Origin: Acidothermaceae bacterium
GTDB lineage: Bacteria; Actinomycetota; Actinomycetes; Acidothermales; Acidothermaceae
Length of the DNA stretch: 58,501 nucleotides
Direction of reading: 5' to 3'
Assembly: GCA_025934355.1 (NCBI GenBank)
Contig: JAICYF010000001.1
Coordinates: 1 to 58,501 of the forward strand
The translations under genes were made by a program, and so were the position numbers. A model generated the notes under the pieces. The model had not been told where the DNA came from. It saw only the letters and a list, made by a program, of their open reading frames with translations, and ran no database searches. How positions within the stretch are numbered: position 1 is the stretch's first letter; every line of letters begins with the position of its first letter. Of this stretch, positions 41,076 through 50,735 are shown piece by piece.

Positions 41076-42338
41076 TCATGCGTCGAGTGCTCCCGCGCCG
41101 AAGGTGGAGACGATCTCGAATTCCTCGTCGAGGACCGCGGCAAGCCGTCGGACGCCTTCGCGGACCCGCTCTGGATCGGGCAAACTGTACGAAAGCCGGA
41201 GGTTTCGCCGACCTTGCCCGTCCGCGTAGAAGCCGGTGCCCGGAACGTAGGCGACCCGGCCCTGAATCGCGCGCGGCAGCATCGCCTTCGCGTCGACGCC
41301 CTCGGGCAACGTCACCCACACGTAGAAGCCACCGGCTGGATGAGTCCACGACGAGCCGGTGGGGAACGACGCGGCGAGCGCGTCGAGACAGGCGTCCCGG
41401 CGGGCCCGGTAAAGCTCTCGGTAGACCTTGACCTGCTCCTGCCAAGGGTGGTGCGCCAAAAACTCAGCGACAACGTATTGCGACAGCGCGACCGGGCAGA
41501 GCGTGGTGGCCTCGCTGGCCATCACCAGCTTTTCCTTGACGCCCGGCGGCGCCACCGCCCAGCCCACCCGCACGCCGGAGGCGAACGTCTTCGAGAACGA
41601 CCCTAGGTAGATCACGCCTTCGGTGGCCCGAGCGCGCAGCGCCGGCAGCGGAGGCCCGTCGAAGCCGAGCAAGCCGTACGGGTTGTCTTCCAAAATCAGC
41701 AAGTTGGCCTCGGCGCAGATCGCGATGATCTCGTCGCGCCGTTCCTCGACCAGGGTGATTCCAGCCGGGTTGTGATAGTTCGGCACCGTGTAAAGGAACT
41801 TCGCGCGCCGTCCTGACGCCGCGACCTGCGCGATCGCCGCGCGTAGCGCCTCCGGCACCAGCCCTGCGTCGTCCATTTGCACGTGGACGACGTCGGCTTG
41901 GTACTGGGTGAACGTTCCGAGCGCGCCGACGTAGGACGGCGCCTCGGCGATCACGACGTCGCCGGGGTCGAGGAAGATGCGCGAGACGACGTCAAGCGCC
42001 TGTTGCGAGCCGACCGTGACGACGACGTCGTCGGGCGAGGCGCTGATGCCCTCGAGCGCCATCACGCCGCAGATCAACTCGCGCAGCCGCGGGTCACCCT
42101 GCCCACCCATGTACTGGAGCGCTTGGGCGCCGCGCTCGGCGACGATCTTCGCGGTCATCTCGCCAATGGCATCGAGCGGCAACGCGCTCACAAACGGCGA
42201 GCCGCCGCCCATGCTGATGATCTCGGGCCGGTTTGCCACTGCGAAAAGTGCTCGAATCTCGGACGTCGTCATGCCGTGCGTGCGCTCGGCGTAGCGGTCG
42301 ACGTAAGGATCGAGACGCGATCCACCCGAGAATTCCAC
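41076..42338 (-). CDS. PLP-dependent aminotransferase, class I/II
   Basis: The PLP-lysine context is GSFSKTFASGVRVGW, with YTVPNYHNPAG upstream. Substrate is unknown. Confidence 0.85.
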   Translation of the reverse strand: MEFSGGSRLDPYVDRYAERTHGMTTSEIRALFAVANRPEIISMGGGSPFVSALPLDAIGEMTAKIVAERGAQALQYMGGQGDPRLRELICGVMALEGISASPDDVVVTVGSQQALDVVSRIFLDPGDVVIAEAPSYVGALGTFTQYQADVVHVQMDDAGLVPEALRAAIAQVAASGRRAKFLYTVPNYHNPAGITLVEERRDEIIAICAEANLLILEDNPYGLLGFDGPPLPALRARATEGVIYLGSFSKTFASGVRVGWAVAPPGVKEKLVMASEATTLCPVALSQYVVAEFLAHHPWQEQVKVYRELYRARRDACLDALAASFPTGSSWTHPAGGFYVWVTLPEGVDAKAMLPRAIQGRVAYVPGTGFYADGQGRRNLRLSYSLPDPERVREGVRRLAAVLDEEFEIVSTFGAGALDA

Positions 42339-42563
42339 CGGTGTTACCTCCTGGCCGCTCGCACTCGGCTAATGCCGGCCGGCAGCGTTCGATGAGACCA
42401 TCAGGCTACCGGCAGCGCCGGGCACGGGCCTCGCTATTAGTTTTCGGCGTCTCGCCGATGGGTCAGCAGTCGCTGAGCGGACAATTTACGATGGATCCGC
42501 GAACTCCCCAGCTGCGCTCTATTCGGGCCGGCGTTGCTTGTGCGGTGCTTGTTGGAGGCGACC

Positions 42564-43181
42564 GTGTCGCGTCGTGTCGTGAGCTTCACGCTCGACAACC
42601 TTGACGACCTGCCGAGCCGCTGCCGCAAGTGCGTTTTCTGGGAACTCGACCCGGTCAGCGGCGAACGCGCACAGCAGGCTGGGGATCCGGCGCTGGAGAA
42701 AGAAGCCTGGGTCTCCGCGATGTTGTTGGAATGGGGCAGCTGCGGAAAGTTGATCCAGGTCGACGGTGTGCCAGCCGGTTACGTTCTTTACGCGCCGCCG
42801 GCATACGTTCCGCGGTCGGTCGCGTTTCCGACGAGTCCGGCCAGCCCTGACGCCGCACTGCTGATGACCGCGCACGTGTTGCCGGAGTTCAGCGGTGCCG
42901 GCCTGGGCCGAATGCTTTTGCAGGCCGCCGCGAAAGACCTGACACGTCGTGGCGTGAAGGCGATCGAAGCGTTTGGCGACAGCAAATGGACGACGCCCGC
43001 CTGCGTCCTGCCCACGGATTTCCTTCTGGCATTGGGATTTAAGACCGTGCGACCGCATCCTCGGCATCCGCGACTGCGACTGGATCTCAAGACCGCATTG
43101 TCGTGGCGCGAGGATGTTGAAGGTGCTATCGAGCGGCTACTGGGATCGGTGACGCCGGAAGGCGCGCTCAGGCCGGTCTGA
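42564..43181 (+). CDS. GNAT-family N-acetyltransferase-like protein
   Basis: GTG 42564 lies 5 nt after GGAGG. The acetyl-CoA loop-like segment is FSGAGLGRMLLQAAAKDL. The N-terminus has a CRKC pair. Confidence 0.65.
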   Translation: MSRRVVSFTLDNLDDLPSRCRKCVFWELDPVSGERAQQAGDPALEKEAWVSAMLLEWGSCGKLIQVDGVPAGYVLYAPPAYVPRSVAFPTSPASPDAALLMTAHVLPEFSGAGLGRMLLQAAAKDLTRRGVKAIEAFGDSKWTTPACVLPTDFLLALGFKTVRPHPRHPRLRLDLKTALSWREDVEGAIERLLGSVTPEGALRPV

Positions 43182-43326
43182 ATACGGCAAACAAGGGTGA
43201 TGCGACGGGTCCGATCCGTCGTGGCAAAGACCGCAAGGGCGCTGCCGGGCGGCGACAGCGGCAGCACCACTCGGCGTTTGATGCCGATGCTGGTTGGAAA
43301 ACGCGCCAGGACGGCACTGCGACGGC

Positions 43327-43716
43327 CTACACCGCGCGGGCGGCTTCGACAAGCCGCGCAGCTGCGCGCGCGCTGCGGCGCCGATCCTCCTCGGAGACCG
43401 GGCGATGGTCATAGCCGGCCTTCGTCTTCACGCCGAGTAACGTGCCGAGATCGTCCGCGAGGCGTTTGTTGACCTGACCGAGAAGGTCCCGTGCCTGCCA
43501 GTGGCTCTCTCCGGACGCGTGCTCGCCGAGCCGCGCGCAGCAAATGACGTCTGCGGCCGCAATGCCGGCGTGTACTAACAGCGTCACATACGCGTCGCCG
43601 ACGTCCTCCGCGTCGTCAGCTAGGTCGACGATCATCGCCGCCGCCTCATGAAACTGCCCTGCCTTTTGTAGCCGGCCCGCCCGCGTCGCAGGTGTGCACC
43701 GCACAGTTCTAGGCAC
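43327..43716 (-). CDS. HEPN-like domain protein (putative toxin)
   Basis: All-helical. GTG 43716 overlaps the upstream stop by 8 nt (GTGCCTAG). It is paired with a nucleotidyltransferase gene. The Rx4-6H motif is not clean (ARLGEHASGESH). Confidence 0.5.
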   Translation of the reverse strand: MPRTVRCTPATRAGRLQKAGQFHEAAAMIVDLADDAEDVGDAYVTLLVHAGIAAADVICCARLGEHASGESHWQARDLLGQVNKRLADDLGTLLGVKTKAGYDHRPVSEEDRRRSARAAARLVEAARAV

Positions 43717-44335
43717 TGGTCGGCACCTTCCGTAGCATCCGCGAGTCTCCGCATAGCCGCAACCCATCCCGCGCGATGTCGCGCAGCACCGGCTCGCCCG
43801 CGGCGGCCCCCGCCTTTGCCTCGGTCTCCGTCATCTCGAGGACCCGCGTGTCGTTGCCCGTCCAGGCGGTCACCCGCTCCGTCAACTGCACCAGCTGCTC
43901 ACGCCAATGCTGCGACTCCGCGGTCACGCGGTCCGGTCGGACGACGAACAAGTCGATGTCGCTGTCGGTGCGCATGTCGCCTCGAGCGGCAGACCCGAAC
44001 ATAGCCGCATACGACGGCTGCGGCTCCCAACCGGCGAACTCGTCACGCAGCCGCTCGAGCAACTGCTCCTTGAGCGTGGCCAGCGCAATAACCGCTGACG
44101 CCCCCAGGTGGTCACGGTTTAGCCGGTAGACGTAGCCCGTGCCCGCCCGCTCCTGCCGAACGATGCCTTGCGTGCTCAAGCGAAGCAGCACCTTGCGCAC
44201 ACCGCTGACCGAGTACCCACCCAGGAGATGCTTCACCTCGCCCGGGGTGAACGCATGATCGGCGAGCGCGAGCACCCGGAGAACCTCACCGTCCGCGGTC
44301 GGTGTCACTACCTCAAGTGGCCTCGACAAGTCCAC
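43709..44335 (-). CDS. Winged-helix + minimal nucleotidyltransferase (MNT) protein (putative antitoxin)
   Basis: The NTase motif is FGSAARGDMRTDSDIDLFVV. The N-terminal wHTH is HLLGGYSVSGVRKVLLRLSTQGIV. GTG 44335 lies 7 nt after GGAGG; the track start is 44365. Confidence 0.7.
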   Translation of the reverse strand: MDLSRPLEVVTPTADGEVLRVLALADHAFTPGEVKHLLGGYSVSGVRKVLLRLSTQGIVRQERAGTGYVYRLNRDHLGASAVIALATLKEQLLERLRDEFAGWEPQPSYAAMFGSAARGDMRTDSDIDLFVVRPDRVTAESQHWREQLVQLTERVTAWTGNDTRVLEMTETEAKAGAAAGEPVLRDIARDGLRLCGDSRMLRKVPTSA

Positions 44336-44347
44336 CCGGACACCTCC

Positions 44348-44375
44348 ACAATAGTACGCGGTCACGTACTATTGT
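44348..44375. promoter_or_regulatory. Palindromic operator candidate upstream of the MNT/HEPN pair
   Basis: Perfect 11-bp inverted repeat ACAATAGTACG-n6-CGTACTATTGT. It is unusually A/T-rich for this genome and lies 13 nt upstream of the preferred start. Confidence 0.5.
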
Positions 44376-44542
44376 GCGCGGTCGCAGACGAATGTCAATC
44401 CAGCCTGCGGATGGAGTCAACGACTACTTCAGCACCGAACAGGTGGCCACTTGAGGTAACTGATGGGTTCTCCGCCGCCCGCTGCTCTGGAGCCGAACTC
44501 ACGCCGGTCTGACCGCCAGCGAGCCGACGAAAGCAGTTGCGG

Positions 44543-45730
44543 CTAGGCGAAAACGGCCGCGTGGGCGAGCTCGATCGGCTGCCCGACCGGCAACTCGGTG
44601 GGGGCATAGAGCCGCTGGATCGCGACCACAATGGATTCGGCGAGCGTGTCGCGAAACTCTTGTCGCGCGAGACGAGCGGCGTCGCCCGGATTGGTCAGAT
44701 AACCCAGCTCGACGCGCACGGCCGGCATCCGGGTGCTGCGCAACAACTCCCAGCTCTTCGGATGGCTCCGGCAGTCGAGCAAATCCGTGCCGGCGAGGAT
44801 CTCGCTTTGCAAGAGTTCGGCCAGCCGGGCGCCGACAAGTGAGCGATCCTTCGCCGTGCCGTAGTAGTACGTCGAAAGCCCTTGGCAGGAAGGGTTTTCG
44901 TCGCCGTCAACATGCAATGACACCAGAAGATCGGCCTCGGCCGCGTTGGCGAAGGCGGCGCGCTCGGCGTCGGACGGCGGCTCCTCGGAACGATCGAGCA
45001 CGCCTTCGCCGCCGCGGGTGCGAAACGCCTGAGCGCCGGCGGCGGCCAGCCGACCCTCGATGCGATTGGCGATGTCGTCGACGACCGCCGCTTCTTCGAG
45101 CACGTCGTTGCTTGATCCGCGATCGCACGCGCCATGGCCAGGGTCGATCACGATGAACTTCCCGGCCAGCGTCGGACCCCCGTGATGCAGCCGCTCGTAC
45201 TCGCGCAATTCGTTGGCCTTGCCGCCGACGACCGTGCGCGCGAGTTGGCGGAGGGCGCGCAGGGTGGCCGGGCCGCAGGTGCCGTCGGCCGGCAGACCGA
45301 CATTGCGCTGGAACTCTCTGAGCGCCGCTTCGGTGCTCGCACCGAAAACGCCGTCGGCCCGCCCGCAGTCGAAGCCCATGTCGAGGAGCCGATGCTGCAA
45401 GGCGGCGACGTCGTCGCCGACGTAGGGATGCCGGACGGCGTAGGACAACACCCGATCACCGAGTTGCCAACGCGCTTCGTCGAGCACCCGGTAGGTCTCG
45501 CGATCGACAACGCCGTCGATCCGCAGGCCGCGCTGTTGCTGGAAGCTGCGCACCGCGCGGTCGACGGCTTCGTCGAACATCTGGAGGTCGGCCTGCTCTG
45601 CCCGCCCGGACGCGGAGAGCAAGCCCAACTGCACTAGCCGATGGCGCAATTCCACGACGGCAGCGCTTCGCGAGCCAAGGCGGAGCGGTGGCTCAGCTCG
45701 GGCCGCGAGATGTGCGTGTGGTTCTTGCAT
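44543..45730 (-). CDS. cwlM: CwlM-type N-acetylmuramoyl-L-alanine amidase with two PG-binding repeats
   Basis: There are two PG_binding_1-like repeats (VVELRHRLVQLGL..., VAALQHRLLDMGF...). The Amidase_3 core is FIVIDPGHG...SLHVDG. Confidence 0.9.
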   Translation of the reverse strand: MQEPHAHLAARAEPPLRLGSRSAAVVELRHRLVQLGLLSASGRAEQADLQMFDEAVDRAVRSFQQQRGLRIDGVVDRETYRVLDEARWQLGDRVLSYAVRHPYVGDDVAALQHRLLDMGFDCGRADGVFGASTEAALREFQRNVGLPADGTCGPATLRALRQLARTVVGGKANELREYERLHHGGPTLAGKFIVIDPGHGACDRGSSNDVLEEAAVVDDIANRIEGRLAAAGAQAFRTRGGEGVLDRSEEPPSDAERAAFANAAEADLLVSLHVDGDENPSCQGLSTYYYGTAKDRSLVGARLAELLQSEILAGTDLLDCRSHPKSWELLRSTRMPAVRVELGYLTNPGDAARLARQEFRDTLAESIVVAIQRLYAPTELPVGQPIELAHAAVFA

Positions 45731-45783
45731 GGGCTAGATCCTCGCGATGAGGCGGTGACGCGGGGCGCGCCCATGCTATCGGT

Positions 45784-46107
45784 CTAGAGAAAAGCTTCCA
45801 GATCCTTCAGCAGAGCGGACTTCGACTTGGCGCCGATGATCTGCTTTACCACTTGCCCACCCTTGTAGACGTTCAACGTCGGGATCGACAAGATCGAGTA
45901 GGCCCGCGCGGTCTCGGGGTTCTCGTCGATGTTCAACTTCACGACCCGAACCTTGTCAGCGTGCTCGTTGGCGATCTCCTCGAGCACAGGGGCGACCATT
46001 CGGCACGGTCCACACCATTCCGCCCAGAAGTCGACGAGCACCGGCGTGTCGCTGCTCAGTACCTCGTTGGCGAAGGTGGCATCGGTGACTGATGCGGTGG
46101 CTCCCAC
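45784..46107 (-). CDS. trxA: Thioredoxin
   Basis: The active site is WAEWCGPCRM. Length is 107 aa. Confidence 0.95.
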   Translation of the reverse strand: MGATASVTDATFANEVLSSDTPVLVDFWAEWCGPCRMVAPVLEEIANEHADKVRVVKLNIDENPETARAYSILSIPTLNVYKGGQVVKQIIGAKSKSALLKDLEAFL

Positions 46108-46178
46108 GGTCGGCTCCTGTCTGTGCTATCTCGGGTCTATGGGGTTTCTTAAGAATCTTGCTGGGTCGCTGACTGCCG

Positions 46179-47159
46179 TCAGGAAACGGCCCCGACGGTC
46201 GCGTTGTGCTCCGCGTGCCGGGCCGCCAACCAGCGCTCGGCGTCCAACGCCGCCGCGCAGCCGCTGCCTGCGGCGGTGATCGCCTGGCGGTAGATGTGGT
46301 CGACGACGTCGCCGCAGGCGAAAACGCCGTCCAGGTTGGTGCGGGTCGACGGCGAGTCAACCAACACATAGCCCGCATCGTCGAGGTCGACCTGGCCGCG
46401 GAACAGCTCGCTGCGCGGGTCGTGGCCGATCGCCAGGAACAGCCCGGTGACAGGAAGGTCCGACTCCTCGCCGGTGACCGTGTCGCGCAACTTAACGCCA
46501 GAGACCTTGTCGTCGCCAAGCACGTCGACGACCTCGGTGTTCCAGCGAAAGCCGACCTTGTCGTTGGCGAACGCGCGATCCTGCATGATCTTGCTCGCCC
46601 GCAGGGCGTCGCGCCGGTGCACGAGGGTCACGTTGCTGGCGAACTTCGTCAGGAACGTAGCCTCTTCGATCGCCGAATCGCCACCGCCGACCACGGCGAT
46701 GTCTTGGTCGCGGAAGAAGAAGCCGTCGCAGGTGGCACACGCCGAAACGCCGTGCCCGAGCAGCCGCGACTCGTTCTCCAACCCGAGGAACCGGTATTTC
46801 GAGCCGGTGGCGATGATGACCGCGCGCGCCTGGTACACGTCGTCGCCGACCTTCACGATCTTCACCGGACCGGTGAGGTCGACCTCCGTCACGTCGTCCG
46901 TCACCAACTCGGCGCCGAACCGCGCGGCCTGCTTGCGCATGTTGTCCATCAGGTCGGGGCCCATGATCCCGTCAGGGAAACCGGGGAAGTTCTCGACCTC
47001 GGTCGTGGTCATCAGGGCGCCGCCGGCGCCGATGGCGCCCTCGAAAACCAGCGGATGCAGGTCGGCCCGCGCGGTGTACAGCGCGGCCGTGTAGCCGGCG
47101 GGGCCGGAGCCGATGATGATGACGTCGCGCAGTTCGCTCGTCGTCGATGCTGTGCTCAC
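46179..47159 (-). CDS. trxB: Thioredoxin-disulfide reductase
   Basis: The FAD motif is [12 protein letters not shown], the redox site is CATCDG, and the NADPH motif is [12 protein letters not shown]. Confidence 0.95.
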   Translation of the reverse strand: MSTASTTSELRDVIIIGSGPAGYTAALYTARADLHPLVFEGAIGAGGALMTTTEVENFPGFPDGIMGPDLMDNMRKQAARFGAELVTDDVTEVDLTGPVKIVKVGDDVYQARAVIIATGSKYRFLGLENESRLLGHGVSACATCDGFFFRDQDIAVVGGGDSAIEEATFLTKFASNVTLVHRRDALRASKIMQDRAFANDKVGFRWNTEVVDVLGDDKVSGVKLRDTVTGEESDLPVTGLFLAIGHDPRSELFRGQVDLDDAGYVLVDSPSTRTNLDGVFACGDVVDHIYRQAITAAGSGCAAALDAERWLAARHAEHNATVGAVS

Positions 47160-47215
47160 GCGAGACCTACCTCAGTGTGAAACCGAAGCGCTGGTGGCGC
47201 TCCGACAGACCGGTG

Positions 47216-47241
47216 AACAGATCCTAGGTCTCGGGGATTCC
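47216..47241 (-). promoter_or_regulatory. SigR/SigH-type promoter upstream of trxB
   Basis: The minus strand reads GGAAT-n18-GTT. The -35 element is at 47241..47237 and the -10 element at 47218..47216, 57 nt upstream of the trxB start. Confidence 0.55.
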
Positions 47242-47277
47242 CAGTTGCGCCCGACGAGCCAGCGTGGCGACCAGGGT

Positions 47278-48321
47278 TCAGGACACGTCGCGCAGGAACG
47301 CGACGAACGTCACGTCGCCGGCCTTCGCGCAGTCGGCGGTGTCGGCCTCCACGTAGACGTCGAGGGTCGAGGGGTCGGTCGGATCCCTTAACACGATGAT
47401 CGTGGCCGGCTTGCCGGCGTAGTAGGCGTAGTCGACCAGCACCGGAGTGGCCGGCTGGTCGAGCAACGCCTGCACGCAGGCCTGCAGCTGGGTGGGATTG
47501 CTGAGCGGTCCGCTGAACGGGGTGCGCGCCTGAAGGGCAGGCCGTCCGGCGACGCTCGGCTGGGAGGCGGCGTCGCTGCGGGCCGGCGAAGATACAGGCG
47601 ACGACGCCGAAGACGACGGCGTGGCTTGGGCGGACGACGCGGCTGGTGCCGACGGCGCGGCTGCGGGGGCCGCGTTGGCCGCGGTGGCCGCGGCGCTGCT
47701 CGCGTCGGCCGCGAGCGGCGCGAGTCCCTTGAACTCGGTGTGCGCGGCGGGCACATTCGCCAGCAACAACCCGGCAACCTGGTTGCGGATCGCCCCTTGG
47801 CTGTAATCGGTGCCGGACGCCGTGACGATGGCGCTCGCGCCCGCGCCCGCGGCGGTGCTGCTGCTGCCCTTTTTCGACGAGCTGCCGTGGCTGAGCCCGA
47901 TACCGAGCCCCACGCCCAGCGCGATCACCAAGAAGACGGTGACGGCGGCGGCGACAGAGAAGTTCGGCAATCCGCTCGAGCTGCCGCGGCGGCCAGACCG
48001 CCCGACCGACCCGCCCGCGGGTAGCACAGAGATCGCCGCCACCGCCGGCTGCTCACCGGTTGCCGCGTCGTCGGCTGGGAATTCGGCCGCCGCGTCGCGC
48101 AAGGCCGCTTCGAGTCGCTGCGCGACGTCGTCCGGCATTGGGACCGGTGGCAGTGAGCGCAACCTCGAGCGCACGTCGCGCAACGCGCCGAGGTCGGCCG
48201 TGCACTGCGCGCAGCCAGCGACATGCGTGCGAACGTCGTTCGGCGCGGTGTCGGCGCTGGTCTCGGCGTCGGAGTCGATGAGTGCGGCAAGCTCTTCAAG
48301 CTCCGGGTGGGGGGTGTTCAC
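47278..48321 (-). CDS. Anti-sigma factor (zf-HC2-like N-terminus, single TM)
   Basis: The zf-HC2-like segment is HVAGCAQCTADLGAL. The TM helix is FSVAAAVTVFLVIALGVGLGIGL. There is a GTGA overlap with the sigma factor gene. Confidence 0.75.
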   Translation of the reverse strand: MNTPHPELEELAALIDSDAETSADTAPNDVRTHVAGCAQCTADLGALRDVRSRLRSLPPVPMPDDVAQRLEAALRDAAAEFPADDAATGEQPAVAAISVLPAGGSVGRSGRRGSSSGLPNFSVAAAVTVFLVIALGVGLGIGLSHGSSSKKGSSSTAAGAGASAIVTASGTDYSQGAIRNQVAGLLLANVPAAHTEFKGLAPLAADASSAAATAANAAPAAAPSAPAASSAQATPSSSASSPVSSPARSDAASQPSVAGRPALQARTPFSGPLSNPTQLQACVQALLDQPATPVLVDYAYYAGKPATIIVLRDPTDPSTLDVYVEADTADCAKAGDVTFVAFLRDVS

Positions 48322-48947
48322 CGGAGGTCCTCTCGTGGTGCGGTCGTCGGAGGTTGGACGCCGCCACCCGGCGGTGGGTTCCCCGACTCTTCGCCGCGCA
48401 AGTGTGAGAGCAGCGGCAACAGCTTGGCCCTGCCGCGCGCGCAGCGGCTTTTCACCGTGCCCGCGGGCACCTCCAAGATCGCTGCGACTTCGTCGACCGG
48501 GTAGCCCTCGATGTCGACGAGCACGATCGCCGCCCGCTGATCTGCGGAGAGGGTTGCTAGGGCGGCGTGGACGTCGGCCGCGGTGTCGCGCTTGTCAAAC
48601 TCGTCACGGGCCGTCGGTGCGATCGACCGCGCGCCTTCGTGATCGTCGTCGGGCAAGGACGTCGTCGGGTGTGCCGCTCGCCGGCGCAGTCGGTCAAGGC
48701 AAGCGTTGACGACGATTCGGTGCAGCCAGGTGCCGAGCTGGGCGTCGCCGCGGAAGGTCGCCGCGTGCCGCATCGCTGAGATCAGCGCGTCTTGGATCGC
48801 GTCGGCGGCATCCTCCGGATTGCCCAGGGTGCGCAGCGCGACCGCCCACAGGTGGTCGCGATGACGTCGGACGAGCTCGGCGAACGCGTCGTGATCGCCC
48901 TCGAGATGACGGCGCAGCAACTCACCGTCGTCGGGTGCCCCGGTCAC
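48318..48947 (-). CDS. sigM: ECF RNA polymerase sigma factor (SigM-like by synteny)
   Basis: Region 2 is DAADAIQDALISAMRHAATFRG and region 4 is VAAILEVPAGTVKSRCARGR. It lies next to trxB/trxA, as in mycobacteria. Confidence 0.85.
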   Translation of the reverse strand: MTGAPDDGELLRRHLEGDHDAFAELVRRHRDHLWAVALRTLGNPEDAADAIQDALISAMRHAATFRGDAQLGTWLHRIVVNACLDRLRRRAAHPTTSLPDDDHEGARSIAPTARDEFDKRDTAADVHAALATLSADQRAAIVLVDIEGYPVDEVAAILEVPAGTVKSRCARGRAKLLPLLSHLRGEESGNPPPGGGVQPPTTAPREDLR

Positions 48948-49000
48948 GCTCGGGAGCCTATCGGTCGATCACCGCGTCACCGTTGCGTTGCGGCCGCGAC

Positions 49001-50533
49001 TCACTTTCCGGGTTCGAAGCTGATCTCCGCGATCCCGCCGTGAAATCCGCCGTTGGCTTTGGGCAGTTTCGTCAGCCACACCAGCCAATAACGCGCGCTG
49101 TGTTGCTCGGCGACGTGCACGGTCACGTGACTCTGCGCGTTGTCGGCTTGGCCGACCGCCGTCATCGCTTTTTCGGACGTCGGCGGCTGATCGCCGTCGC
49201 TTGTCAGGATGGAAAGGGTGGTGCCGTCTCCCAGCAGCACCAACTGCACTGCGGCCACCGAGCGTGACGCGCCGAGATCGACGAGGAGACCAACTCCGGG
49301 CTTCAGGTTGCCAAGCGTCGGACTGCCGAACGTCTGGGTGTGCCATGCGGTGGCCGGATTGCCGTCGATCGCGAGCGGCGCCTCGCGGATGTGCGGGTCG
49401 GTGTGATCACCGTACGGGTCGAACTCCACGACCGACTTGGCGGTGATGGGGCGACCGGTCGCCGACTCGCTCGTCTGGGTTGGCGTTGGCGTCGACCCGC
49501 CGGAGTGGGTAATGAAGTTCGGGTAGATCGTCGGCCCGCGCCAGAACAAGCCGGCTACCGCCACCCCGAGCACTGCGACGCCGGCCGCTATGCCAATCCG
49601 GTTTCTCCGCCGACGGGCGACGAGCGGTGCGGTCTGCCGGGTGAGCAGCGGGGGTCGGCCGCGGCCGTCGACGACAGGGATGATCGCGGTGTCGGCGCCG
49701 AAGGGGTGGCCGGCGTCGGGACCGCTGCGCATCGGCGTCAGCGCGGCGAACAACGCGGCGGGTGTGGCGATCTCTGGCAAGCCGCGCCGGATTTCGTCGT
49801 CGCCGAGCGCCCGAGTGACGAGCACGTCAAGGTCACGCGGCACCCCGCCGCGAACCTGGCGCGGCGTGCGCAAGTGCCCTTCGACGTATGGCGCGGCGGG
49901 GAGCGCGCTGATCTGCGCCTCGCCCGGCCAACGGGCGGTCAGCGCGGCGTACAGCAGTTGGGCCAGCGCGACCGTGTCGGCGCGAGCGCTGGCGATTCGG
50001 TGCGGGTCATCGGCTCCACGCGACTCGTCGGCCAACGCGACGCTGGCCAGCCGGGGCAATCCGGACGCCGTGAACAGGATCCGGCTCGGCGCCGGCGTGA
50101 GGCCGTACACCCCGATCGCGTGCGTCGCCGCCAGTGCCGCGGCCACCTCGGCGACCAGATCGACCGCGGCGGTCGGCTCCAGCGGCCCGCCGCGCAGCTG
50201 ATGGTCGAGCGACTCGCCGCCGAAGTACTCGGTCACGACGTACGCCAAGCCGGGCGCGCGCCCCGCGTCGTACACGTTTGCGAGTGCCGGATGCCCAAGT
50301 CCGGCGACCGCGCGTGCGCCGGCGAGCACATGATCGACGAGCGGGTCGTCGTCCGGTACGACCAAGACCGCCACCGATCTGGCGAGCAGCTCGTCGTGCG
50401 CATGCCACAGCTGCCCGACCTTTGACGCGCTGCGGCCGGGGACGGCGGTTGCAGAGCGGTCCGGGATCGGGGCGTCGAGACGGTAGCGCTCGGCGACGAG
50501 GAGGCCGGGCGCCACCGCGGGTGCGCCGCTCAA
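49001..50533 (-). CDS. Kinase-like (probable pseudokinase) membrane protein with extracellular domain, MviN-associated type
   Basis: The N-terminal kinase-like fold lacks a clear HRD/DFG. A central TM helix is followed by a C-terminal beta-rich domain (LAIDGNPATAWHTQTF...). The homologous region is fused to MviN in M. tuberculosis Rv3910. The start is TTG 50533 or GTG 50515. Confidence 0.7.
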   Translation of the reverse strand: MSGAPAVAPGLLVAERYRLDAPIPDRSATAVPGRSASKVGQLWHAHDELLARSVAVLVVPDDDPLVDHVLAGARAVAGLGHPALANVYDAGRAPGLAYVVTEYFGGESLDHQLRGGPLEPTAAVDLVAEVAAALAATHAIGVYGLTPAPSRILFTASGLPRLASVALADESRGADDPHRIASARADTVALAQLLYAALTARWPGEAQISALPAAPYVEGHLRTPRQVRGGVPRDLDVLVTRALGDDEIRRGLPEIATPAALFAALTPMRSGPDAGHPFGADTAIIPVVDGRGRPPLLTRQTAPLVARRRRNRIGIAAGVAVLGVAVAGLFWRGPTIYPNFITHSGGSTPTPTQTSESATGRPITAKSVVEFDPYGDHTDPHIREAPLAIDGNPATAWHTQTFGSPTLGNLKPGVGLLVDLGASRSVAAVQLVLLGDGTTLSILTSDGDQPPTSEKAMTAVGQADNAQSHVTVHVAEQHSARYWLVWLTKLPKANGGFHGGIAEISFEPGK

Positions 50534-50580
50534 AACGGACCCTTCATACGTTGTCTGGAGTCATACGTTGGCTTTTGGGC

Positions 50581-50632
50581 CGGTTGGTCTGTAGGCGTTG
50601 GTCTGTAGGCCGGTTGGTCTGTAGGCCGGTTT
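50581..50632. repeat. Tandem direct repeat CGGTTGGTCTGTAGGC x3 (16/14/16 bp) upstream of the pseudokinase gene
   Basis: Copies lie at 50581, 50597 (lacking the leading CG) and 50611, with a partial copy at 50627. They are preceded by two copies of TCATACGTTG at 50544 and 50561. Confidence 0.9.
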
Positions 50633-50735
50633 TGCGCCTGCCGCCGCGTCGCGGAGGGCGTTTCCATGCTATTCCCGCGAATCCGCCGTCCACCGGGTGC
50701 GAACGTGCTCTTAACGCGGACGTTAACCAGTCCGG

